Part shown: one piece after another, positions 29,661 through 38,015 of the stretch
Position numbering within the stretch: position 1 is the stretch's first letter
How the letters are laid out: each line of letters begins with the position of its first letter
Source of the DNA: an uncultured Legionella sp.
Lineage (GTDB): Bacteria > Pseudomonadota > Gammaproteobacteria > Legionellales > Legionellaceae
Assembly (NCBI GenBank): GCA_964428035.1
Contig: CAYRWO010000003.1
Location: forward strand, 110,442-174,441
DNA: 64,000 bases
Direction: 5' to 3'
Notes under the pieces: model-generated
Told to the model about the DNA's origin: nothing
The model's database searches: none
The model's input: the letters and a program-made list of their open reading frames with translations, nothing else
Program-made: the position numbers and the translations under genes

Positions 29661-29734
29661 GTCATTGCGAGCTTGCGAAGCAACCCAAGGTTTGCATCTC
29701 AGACCCCTGGGTTGCTTCGCAAGCTCGCAATGAC
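29661..29734. repeat. long perfect palindromic element (27-bp stem), probable REP-like element / bidirectional terminator
   Basis: gtcattgcgagcttgcgaagcaaccca ... tgggttgcttcgcaagctcgcaatgac. Lies between convergent tatB and the MFS gene. Confidence 0.7.
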
Positions 29735-29817
29735 GGTAATTTTATATGTGGTTAATTACTAATACTGGGTTAATTTTAAGTTAATAGCCTGGCTCAAAAC
29801 TAATTGAGGCACGAAGA

Positions 29818-31107
29818 TCACACCGTTTTAAAACCGGCAATCAATACTTTATTTCGTTGCTTCATGGTGATCCCAAGAAAACAAACCATTACAGCCCCCA
29901 AGCAGGCACAGGCAGGAATCAAGATCAGTGCTGACTGATATGCGGCCAGACTGTACTGTTTTATACCGTTGTCGAGAGCACCAGTCCAAAACATATCAAT
30001 AAGCCTCCCTATAGCGGTATGAAAAAACGATCCGCCAAGCATATTGATGCAATTAAGAAAAGCAATGGTAACCCCCAAGTAGTGTGCTTGCACCAGGTTA
30101 GCCCCAGCAGCAAAGATAATCACCTGATAACAGCACATGACACCAATACTAAAAAACAAACAAGCGAGATACCACCAATGGTAATTTTTACACAGCAGTA
30201 ATGCTACAAAAGCGATAGCCATACCAAAACCACATAAAGCAATGACAGCATAATTGCCGAGTTTCTTACTGCAAAAAGCTAATAATGGACCTCCACAGAG
30301 CATGCCAAAAAAAACAAAGGAAATAAGTTGAGCAGCACTCCCCTTACTTATCGAGTACGCTTTCATCAAATAAGGAATACCCCACACATCGCTAAACCCT
30401 TCTAAAGATCCAACCATTAAAAGATTGGCCAATGCCAGCAACCAAATGGCAGGGGAAGAAAGAAGCACTTTAAAGTGAGCCATTTTGAATGACCCAGAGC
30501 CTACTTCGTTCTCCCTTTTACTCTGGTTGGATCGCAAAAAAAGGAAAGCACCATAGCCAATGAGCATGGAAACCAGAGCCAGAGTTAAGGCAACCTGTTG
30601 CCAATCATAGTGCTCAATGAATAAACTAATAGGCTTCCCGCCAAATATTGCTCCAAGCAAACCGACGGTGAAAGATAGCCCTATCATTTTGGGGTATTGT
30701 TGAGCAGAAAACCATTCCGAGACCACTTTTGATACCCCCAAAAAACCCACAGCCGATCCAGCTCCGACCAAAAATCGGCTGAAACATGCTAAATACCAAT
30801 TATTGGAATAGGTAAATAATAAAGTAGCAATTCCACAAAGTACCGCAAACGCAAAGACGATATATTTTGCTCCGAAACGATCGAGAAGCATGGCCACCGG
30901 TATTTGCATACTGGCGTATCCATAATAATAAAACGCAGCGATTAAGCCAAACTGACTGCTGCTAATAGAAAACTGCGTCATCATTTGTTGCATCATTAAA
31001 CCAGGCCACAAACGTAAGATAAATTGATAGGTAAAAAATAATAAAGGGAAAGCCCACATCACATAGGGGAAGTACTTATTTTTTGGGGTCAACATACACC
31101 GCCTCAT
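29818..31107 (-). CDS. MFS transporter
   Basis: 429 aa with about 12 TM segments. MFS loop motif LLDRFGAKY between TM2 and TM3. Confidence 0.8.
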   Translation of the reverse strand: MRRCMLTPKNKYFPYVMWAFPLLFFTYQFILRLWPGLMMQQMMTQFSISSSQFGLIAAFYYYGYASMQIPVAMLLDRFGAKYIVFAFAVLCGIATLLFTYSNNWYLACFSRFLVGAGSAVGFLGVSKVVSEWFSAQQYPKMIGLSFTVGLLGAIFGGKPISLFIEHYDWQQVALTLALVSMLIGYGAFLFLRSNQSKRENEVGSGSFKMAHFKVLLSSPAIWLLALANLLMVGSLEGFSDVWGIPYLMKAYSISKGSAAQLISFVFFGMLCGGPLLAFCSKKLGNYAVIALCGFGMAIAFVALLLCKNYHWWYLACLFFSIGVMCCYQVIIFAAGANLVQAHYLGVTIAFLNCINMLGGSFFHTAIGRLIDMFWTGALDNGIKQYSLAAYQSALILIPACACLGAVMVCFLGITMKQRNKVLIAGFKTV

Positions 31108-31555
31108 CAGAAAAAATGTAACATTCTAATGGCAAGAAAAATTCAGATATTTTCAATGCCCGCTGAAACCTCTCTCCCTAGAGAGGTACGGATAATCAAA
31201 AACAGGCTGACCGCTCTAGGGTAAAGTGGGCAAGAGAATAATAATCGCGCTGATAGTTTGAGCTGATAAACGAGTGCAACATAATAAGCGGCTTGTAGAA
31301 GAATCTACAGGCAAAAAGTTGCTTATTATATGACTGCATTTATTTATCATTATTAAAAAGGAATGTAGTTTTATTTTAATCTTTACAAATTAACAAACTG
31401 CGCATTTGTTTGTCAATAGCAAATCACCAAGTTCACCTTACTTTTTTAACTTCCAGCAAAATCAGACCGAGTTAAGAACCCTGAGATATCGTCAGTTTTA
31501 TAAATATTAACAATCCGTCGCGTAGCATGGGTTCCCCAAAAAATTTGGGTTTTGA

Positions 31556-31583
31556 TGAAAATAGCCCGCGCTAATACGGGCTA
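31556..31583 (-). terminator. rho-independent terminator of the 315-aa gene
   Basis: On the minus strand, tagcccg-tattagcg-cgggcta is followed by ttttc. Confidence 0.5.
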
Positions 31584-31613
31584 CAATGTCCAAAAACTGA
31601 TGCGTTCAAGAAA

Positions 31614-32561
31614 CTAAACACCGCCTTCCAAGCGCATTTTTAACAAAAAGAGGATCGCTTTTTTCTTAGCATCAGGCAGATCATTTGATTCTATTAAATT
31701 CAGGCAATAGTCAATGAAACTGCCTAATCTTTCTTGACTAGTTTGTTCCAGCTCATTGTCTGCACGTATATTTTTATAGTTATTTTCTAACTCCATTGCA
31801 ATCTGCTCCAGAGTTTGTTGATCCGGCTTTTGAACTGTGTCTAACCCTGCCTGTTTACCGGCAACTGCAATTTTTTCCTTAAATACATTTAACTCATCTT
31901 CGGTTACTCTAGAAACACTATCTGTAGAGTTTGAAACAGCCCTGGCTTTATTATCATTATTGTCTTGGTCTTTTTCCCAGTTCTCTCTATCGCCCTGGAA
32001 GGCAAGAACGGTCATCAACACTCTAAAATCAATGTTTTTCCGTTCAAATAACGCTCTGTTGGTAATAGTAATATTCCAATCATTTTTTAACCTGAAAAAT
32101 GAACGATGCATTTTCGCCATTTCCCGATCGGTTACAGGATCGTAGATGGTAAAGGTTGTTCCCCAAAAGTTCATCGTGGCTCTGGCCAGTTTAGTCGAGG
32201 CATCGCTACCGTAAATATCGAATGTGGGGAAAAAAGTAAATATTTTTTCTTCAGCAAAACCTAAGAAACGCTCCTCCCGATCATAGATGTCAAAGTGGGC
32301 AGTAAAGGAAAAAAACTTGGAACGGGCGGTGGCCATTTTATTGTCAAATGGATCGAAAAACTCATACGTTAATAAAAAACTGAAAAATTTTCGATATAAG
32401 GTACCTAATTTTCGAGTTTTTGTTTCAATGTCGAAACTTGTGGTTAAGCTTATCCAGTGTTCGGTAACTTGAAACTCATCCGGAATGTCATTATTGGAAT
32501 ATGCAGTATTGGAGTTAATAAAGATCAGTAGGGAGAATAAAGTAGCAATTAATTTTTTCAT
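31614..32561 (-). CDS. secreted protein with LURP-one-related/tubby-like beta-hairpin repeats and an acidic helical C-terminal half
   Basis: Signal peptide MKKLIATLFSLLIFINSNTAYS. Repeated F-D-I-(E/Y) ... KFFSF pattern (FDIETKTRKLG..RKFFSF, AHFDIYDREERFLG..KIFTF, PTFDIYGSD, TFTIYDP). Confidence 0.45.
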   Translation of the reverse strand: MKKLIATLFSLLIFINSNTAYSNNDIPDEFQVTEHWISLTTSFDIETKTRKLGTLYRKFFSFLLTYEFFDPFDNKMATARSKFFSFTAHFDIYDREERFLGFAEEKIFTFFPTFDIYGSDASTKLARATMNFWGTTFTIYDPVTDREMAKMHRSFFRLKNDWNITITNRALFERKNIDFRVLMTVLAFQGDRENWEKDQDNNDNKARAVSNSTDSVSRVTEDELNVFKEKIAVAGKQAGLDTVQKPDQQTLEQIAMELENNYKNIRADNELEQTSQERLGSFIDYCLNLIESNDLPDAKKKAILFLLKMRLEGGV

Positions 32562-32870
32562 AGTACTTCCATTTTAAAAGTGAATATACCCGTATTCCTA
32601 CGGCTTTCGTGCTCATAGACACCATTACGGTTCAGACCATCCAATCTGCTCTGCATCACTAGTATTGAGCTAGATAGACACGTAATTCTAAAGTACTATT
32701 CTTAAGGTAATATTAAATTTAATTCTGTTGGTTTATGCATTTATAGGTATTTGCCCATTCAAGAAAAACGGGCTAGTCTATAAATAGTAAAAGGCTCTTG
32801 AAAGCGAAGTATTTACTGGCTGTTTTAGAATATGGTTGCACGACCAGTTGACTGAGAAAAAGGAAATTGT

Positions 32871-33215
32871 ATGTTAATAGCAGCTATTATTTTATTCATT
32901 ATTGCAGCACTGTTCGGTTTAATCATTTTAACCGGCCTATTACAAGATAGACCCAGTCATAAAAAGGTGGTCTTTTTACATGGAATTATTGCCGCGAGCG
33001 CATTATTACTGGTTATAGTTTATATGTTTTTGAACGCAGCGGTTTCTCCTCTTCTGATTACCAGTTTGATACTGTTTCTCCTTGCCGCTTTGGGCGGCTT
33101 AACTCTTTTTATTATTGATATGAGAGGGGGAGTCATCCCCAAGCTGTTAGCTGTTTTGCACCCCCTAATCGCTCTTGCTGGCTTAGTATCTTTGGTTATA
33201 TATGTATTACCGTAG
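32871..33215 (+). CDS. small 4-TM membrane protein with internal two-fold repeat
   Basis: 114 aa. Halves ILFIIAALFGLIILTG...LHGIIAASALLLVIVY and ILFLLAALGGLTLFII...LHPLIALAGLVSLVIY are clearly related. Confidence 0.5.
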   Translation: MLIAAIILFIIAALFGLIILTGLLQDRPSHKKVVFLHGIIAASALLLVIVYMFLNAAVSPLLITSLILFLLAALGGLTLFIIDMRGGVIPKLLAVLHPLIALAGLVSLVIYVLP

Positions 33216-33246
33216 AAAAATCTTGGATACATTGTTGTTACATCAT

Positions 33247-34296
33247 CTAACGTAATGACGCCATATCAATAACGAATCGATATTTAACATCACCTTTTTG
33301 CAAACGTTGCAATGCGGTATTGACCTCGTCAATATCAATTAATTCAATGTCGGCAGTAATCTTATGTTTAGCACAAAAATCTAACATCTCTTGAGTTTCT
33401 TTAATCCCGCCAATTAGCGAACCATTGACACTTAAGCGTTTAAAAATTACTGGAAACATCGAAATTTCCATGGGTTCAGCAGGTAAGCCAACCTGGGTTA
33501 TCGTCCCATCATGTTTTAAAAGATTTAAATAAGGATTTAAATCATGTTTGGCTGAAACAGTATCGAGAATAAAATCATATTGATTGGTTAAAGCTTCCAT
33601 TGCCTTAGCATCTGTAGAGAGTACTACATCGGTAGCGCCTAATTGCTTGGCTGCATTTATTTTATTTGCAGAGGTCGTAAAAACAGTAACATGTGCCCCA
33701 AAAGCATGAGCCAGTTTCACGGCCATATGTCCAAGTCCCCCTAGACCAACAATACCCACTTTGCTTCCTTTGCCTACCTTGGCTCGTTTTAGTGGTGAAT
33801 AAGTAGTAATTCCAGCACAAAGCAAGGGAGCAGCAGCAGATGGATCTAATTGTTTATCAATTTTTAATACAAAATCCTGAGTTACCACTATATGTTTCGA
33901 AAAGCCGCCATATGTCATGCCGCCTAAATTCTTATCTGCACTATTATAGGTTTGGGTCATCCCTGGTTCACAAAACTGTTCTTCACTGCTGGTACAGCTA
34001 GAGCATTGGCCACAGGAATCAACCATACAGCCCACCCCAACCAAATCACCTGGCGAAAATCGTTCAACTTTGGCGCCTACGGCAGAAACTTTGCCAATAA
34101 TTTCATGCCCAGGTACCATAGGGTACTGTCCAAATCCCCAATCATTGTGGATTTGATGTAAGTCGGAATGGCAAATACCACAAAACAAGATATCAATAGC
34201 AACATCTTCTGCTCCCACCTGACGACGCTCAAAGGTAAAAGGTTGTAACGATGCGCCAGCTTTGTGAGCTGCATACCCCAGTGTTTCTGTCATCAT
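33247..34296 (-). CDS. zinc-dependent NAD(P)-alcohol dehydrogenase (YahK / cinnamyl-ADH-like)
   Basis: GICHSDLH, PMVPGHEIIG, structural zinc cluster CGQCSSCTSSEEQFC and Rossmann motif GIVGLGGLGH. Confidence 0.9.
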   Translation of the reverse strand: MMTETLGYAAHKAGASLQPFTFERRQVGAEDVAIDILFCGICHSDLHQIHNDWGFGQYPMVPGHEIIGKVSAVGAKVERFSPGDLVGVGCMVDSCGQCSSCTSSEEQFCEPGMTQTYNSADKNLGGMTYGGFSKHIVVTQDFVLKIDKQLDPSAAAPLLCAGITTYSPLKRAKVGKGSKVGIVGLGGLGHMAVKLAHAFGAHVTVFTTSANKINAAKQLGATDVVLSTDAKAMEALTNQYDFILDTVSAKHDLNPYLNLLKHDGTITQVGLPAEPMEISMFPVIFKRLSVNGSLIGGIKETQEMLDFCAKHKITADIELIDIDEVNTALQRLQKGDVKYRFVIDMASLR

Positions 34297-34452
34297 CTAT
34301 CCTTAATTTATATTAAAATAATTAATAATATTAGAGTTCATGGTAGCCTAAAAAAAGAATATTTAAAATAAAACAACGGAGTTGAGGTTCCTAACAATCA
34401 ATAAAAAATACTGTATTATTAACTCCAAATGGGGCGATCAACAAGGGGTCGC

Positions 34453-34863
34453 ATGTTAAAGATCACCAATAATATATTCATTCCACTGGACGAGATTGAA
34501 TTGATCCCAATTCGAGCGCAAGGAGCAGGGGGACAACACGTAAATAAAGTGTCTACTGCGGTTCATCTTCGCTTTAATATTGAGCAATCGACATTACCTG
34601 TGGAGTATAAAACCAGGTTATTACAACTAAACGATTACCGAATTTCTTCGAACGGGATTATTATCATCAAAGCCCAGCGCTATAGAAGTCAGGAGAATAA
34701 TCGAAACGACGCCTTGCAACGTCTCGCTGAACTCATTAAAAGAGTAAGTGTTGTACCGGTCAAACGAAGGAAAACCAAACCATCCAAATCATCGGTGAAC
34801 AAAAGACTGGATAGCAAAACCCAGCGCGGCCATTTAAAAAAACTCCGCCAGACGCCTGATTGA
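34453..34863 (+). CDS. arfB: ribosome-rescue peptidyl-tRNA hydrolase ArfB (YaeJ)
   Basis: GGQ motif AQGAGGQHVNKVSTAVHLRF and a basic C-terminal tail. The ORF track starts at 34429; the ATG at 34453 gives a typical ArfB length of about 136 aa. Confidence 0.88.
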   Translation: MLKITNNIFIPLDEIELIPIRAQGAGGQHVNKVSTAVHLRFNIEQSTLPVEYKTRLLQLNDYRISSNGIIIIKAQRYRSQENNRNDALQRLAELIKRVSVVPVKRRKTKPSKSSVNKRLDSKTQRGHLKKLRQTPD

Positions 34864-34991
34864 GATTCAGTCATTATGCCTCTAGTTTTATTTGAAAACA
34901 TCTTTTAATAATGATGTACTAAGTACAGTTTTTAAAAAGCATATGAAAAACACTAAATTAAGACAAAAACAATTTTCGGAGGGTCTATTTC

Positions 34992-35762
34992 GTGTTATGG
35001 ATCAACGCGCCACATTTATGGATCGCTTTTGCCGCCACCTTTTTTCTCGTGGTGTTTCATTACCTCAGCCCATGGTTTGCTAATCGTTTACCTGGAAATG
35101 GCCGTGCATTTGTCTCTTTTGCAGGCGGTGTGGCAGTCGCCTATGTATTTTTAGATATGTTACCTAACCTGGTAGAATATAATAAACCTATAGGCGAGTT
35201 TTTGATTAAAAATCAATCGCTTACGCCATTTGCTGAATTGTTAATTTATATTTTTTCTTTATTTGGGTTTCTTATTTATTACGGCTTTGATTTATTGGCT
35301 GAACGTTATCGTGATCAAGGACATGATGATTGGTTAGTTTACAGTTTGCATCTAGCCATGTTTTGTCTTTACAACTTCTTAATCACGTATACGATGTCAT
35401 TACGAGCGATCTCCAGCATCACCGCCACAATCCTGTTTACTTTAGCAATGGCCTTACATTTTGTATTAACGGATAGGAAATTTTGTCGTTTCTACCAAGT
35501 ACAATTCAGCCATATAGGACGCTTTTTATTGATCAGTGCTTTATTAATAGGTTGGTTATGCTCGGTCATTTTTGATCCGGTTAATGTTCTGATTGCAGCA
35601 TTAATGATTTCTTTTTTAGCAGGATCTGTTTTATTGAATGTTTTTCGCGAAGAATTGCCCGCAGCAGGCTTAACAAGCTACTGTTGGTTTGCTTTTGGTG
35701 CGGTATTGATTACTTTTATTTTATCATTAAGAACGTGGGTTCTGGTGATAAGTTCTGTCTGA
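34992..35762 (+). CDS. polytopic membrane protein, function unknown
   Basis: 256 aa with about 8 predicted TM segments. GTG start. No motif recognised. Confidence 0.5.
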   Translation: MLWINAPHLWIAFAATFFLVVFHYLSPWFANRLPGNGRAFVSFAGGVAVAYVFLDMLPNLVEYNKPIGEFLIKNQSLTPFAELLIYIFSLFGFLIYYGFDLLAERYRDQGHDDWLVYSLHLAMFCLYNFLITYTMSLRAISSITATILFTLAMALHFVLTDRKFCRFYQVQFSHIGRFLLISALLIGWLCSVIFDPVNVLIAALMISFLAGSVLLNVFREELPAAGLTSYCWFAFGAVLITFILSLRTWVLVISSV

Positions 35763-35803
35763 CTTTGCGATCATGGATATACTGAACGCACCATTGCCGA
35801 ACC

Positions 35804-36709
35804 TTAATCTCCGAAACGATTTGTTGGCTGATGACAATACGGCGCCTTGCGATGTTTTATATAATATTCCTGGTGGTACTCTTCAGCAGGCCACCAAGGT
35901 TGTACTTCCAGTAAACGAGTCACAACCTGATATCCTTTATTTTTTAGCTCTTGAATTAAAGATTCAGCTTCTTGTTTCTGCTCTTGATTAAAATAAAACA
36001 CAGCGCTTTGATATTGTTGTCCTAAATCCGGTCCTTGTCCTGTCCGTTGAGTTGGATCATGAATTTCAAAAAACCGTTTTAAAACCGTGTGGTAATCCGT
36101 TTTATCTCGGTCGTAAATTACCCGAACTGCTTCGTAATGGCCGGTATTTCCACTGCACACCTGCTCATAGCCGGGATCTACTGTATGTCCCCCAGTGTAT
36201 CCTGATTCCACACTGAGGACCCCTGGAATCTGCCGTAAAAAATGTTCTACCCCCCAAAAGCAGCCACCAGCTACAATCGCTTCTTCCGTATCTAAAACAT
36301 GATTATCGGCTACAAAATCGAGAGAAGCCGAATTCACACAATGGCGCAAATTTTTATGCGTAAACGATTCGCCAGTAAATACATGTCCTAAATGAGCATC
36401 GCAACGTGCACAAAGTATTTCAGTGCGCTGACCATCCGGATCCGGCTCTCTTTTTACCGCATGAACAATGTCATCATCAAAACTAGGCCATCCACAACCT
36501 GAACTAAATTGACTGGAACCGCGAAACAAAGCCAATCCACAGCGCCGGCATAAGTAAGTACCTTGAGTCATGACGGTATTATAGGCTCCCGTATTGGGAT
36601 ACTCTGTGGCTTTATCACAAACCACCCTTCTTGTAGCAGGAGTTAGACTGGCTGTTTTATCAAGATAGTCGCTCACTTTTTTGCTCCCTATAAAGATCTT
36701 GGGCTGCAA
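35804..36709 (-). CDS. msrBA: bifunctional methionine sulfoxide reductase, MsrB domain then MsrA domain
   Basis: MsrB zinc and catalytic motifs CRRCGLALF, GWPSF and CARCDAHLGHVF. MsrA motif GGCFWGVEHF. TTG start. Confidence 0.9.
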   Translation of the reverse strand: MQPKIFIGSKKVSDYLDKTASLTPATRRVVCDKATEYPNTGAYNTVMTQGTYLCRRCGLALFRGSSQFSSGCGWPSFDDDIVHAVKREPDPDGQRTEILCARCDAHLGHVFTGESFTHKNLRHCVNSASLDFVADNHVLDTEEAIVAGGCFWGVEHFLRQIPGVLSVESGYTGGHTVDPGYEQVCSGNTGHYEAVRVIYDRDKTDYHTVLKRFFEIHDPTQRTGQGPDLGQQYQSAVFYFNQEQKQEAESLIQELKNKGYQVVTRLLEVQPWWPAEEYHQEYYIKHRKAPYCHQPTNRFGD

Positions 36710-36740
36710 GGATGTCGAGATTGGATTTAAAAATTAAATT

Positions 36741-36772
36741 AATGAAAGTTGGCTCCAGACCAACCTTCATTT
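36741..36772 (-). terminator. hairpin terminator downstream of the transglycosylase gene
   Basis: Minus strand: aatgaaggttgg-tctggagc-caactttcatt followed by a T-rich tract. Confidence 0.45.
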
Positions 36773-36799
36773 TAAATCTGCCTTTCCTTAACATCTTGC

Positions 36800-37813
36800 T
36801 TACTTTGCTTCGCAAATTTTATCTGCCATGTAACCAATCGCACCTGCATAATAGATAGAATTATTATAGCGCAAAATCATTTTATAATTTGGAAAAGCTA
36901 AAAATGTAGGGCCTCCCAAAGGCTTGACTACACTGGCTTGTAGATTCTGATAAGGTAAGGGCTCGCCACTTTCAGTACGTACACCTAATGCATCCCACTC
37001 CCTTACAGGTTTGATAATATTTTTACCTTCCATCTTCATATCAAATTTGGCAGGAAGCTTCACTTGGATTGCCCAAGGCTCCCCTGTTTGCCAACCGTTT
37101 TGCTTCATATAATTTGCTATAGAAGCAAATACATCCGGTTTACTTTTCCAAATGTCTTTACGACCATCGCCATCGTAATCAACAGCGTATCTCACCCAGC
37201 TTGAAGGTAAAAATTGAGGCTGACCAGAAGCTCCTGCCCATTCCCCCTTGAAGTCTTGCAGACTGACATGGCCTTCTTTAAGAATACGTAAAGCAAGAAA
37301 CAATTCTTTACGGAAGAAGTCCTTGCGTTTGGAGTCATATGCTAACGTAGCTAATGCTTTAATTACCGGAAAACTTCCCATGTAGGTTCCGTAACTTGTT
37401 TCCATGCCCCAAAAAGACACAATAAAACAAGGATTAACACCATACTGTTGGGCAATATCTTCCAGCACCTGTCTGTTCTTTTTATATTCTTTACGCCCTA
37501 TAGCAATTCGGTAATTATCAGCTCTCGTAGTACGATACTTCAAAAAAGTTAATCGATGCTCAGGTTGAGAGTGCATAAATCCTTTAATTTGTCGACTTGG
37601 CTCATGAATTCCAGCGAAGGCCTCATCAAATAAACTGGGTGGAATACCTTGTTGTAACGCCTCTTCTCTAACTCCTGCAACCCATTGATTCCAGTTTTGG
37701 TTGGCAAAAGCAACGTGTTGTACCAGTATAAACGCTATTATAGCGAGCCCCCACTTCTTCATAGCTCTCCCCTGTTTTTTATTTTTATCCAGCAATATCT
37801 CATGTCGGCTCAT
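36800..37813 (-). CDS. lytic murein transglycosylase (MltB/SLT_2 family)
   Basis: FWGMETSYGTYMG and GASGQPQFLPSSW motifs. The signal peptide begins at MKKWGLAIIAFIL, so the true start may be 37762. Confidence 0.85.
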   Translation of the reverse strand: MSRHEILLDKNKKQGRAMKKWGLAIIAFILVQHVAFANQNWNQWVAGVREEALQQGIPPSLFDEAFAGIHEPSRQIKGFMHSQPEHRLTFLKYRTTRADNYRIAIGRKEYKKNRQVLEDIAQQYGVNPCFIVSFWGMETSYGTYMGSFPVIKALATLAYDSKRKDFFRKELFLALRILKEGHVSLQDFKGEWAGASGQPQFLPSSWVRYAVDYDGDGRKDIWKSKPDVFASIANYMKQNGWQTGEPWAIQVKLPAKFDMKMEGKNIIKPVREWDALGVRTESGEPLPYQNLQASVVKPLGGPTFLAFPNYKMILRYNNSIYYAGAIGYMADKICEAK

Positions 37814-37954
37814 TTCTATTTCTCTTTAATTTTACAATTACTCTTTAAAATAATAACTGAATTTCTAGTCCTTTAGAATGTACAGAGTCTTTATACGAAT
37901 TACCAGCATTGGAAGCATCAAGAACCAATTCGGTTATTCTATCTGAGTTCTTCT

Positions 37955-37987
37955 TTTAATATTTCTTTAATAATTATGCCTTATAAT
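37955..37987 (+). promoter_or_regulatory. PmrA-like tandem box plus -10 element upstream of the 563-aa gene
   Basis: tTTAATATT (37955-37963), tc, tTTAATAAT (37966-37974), then TATAAT at 37982-37987. The start codon is at 38016. Confidence 0.45.
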
Positions 37988-38015
37988 TGTCCAAATTTTA
38001 TTACCCAATTAAATC

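Noticed and set aside
31335-31350. Fur-box-like sequence (tatttatcattatt) upstream of the MFS transporter
   Set aside because: It is only a partial match to the 19-bp Fur consensus, it lies about 230 bp from the start codon in very AT-rich DNA, and no siderophore genes are adjacent.
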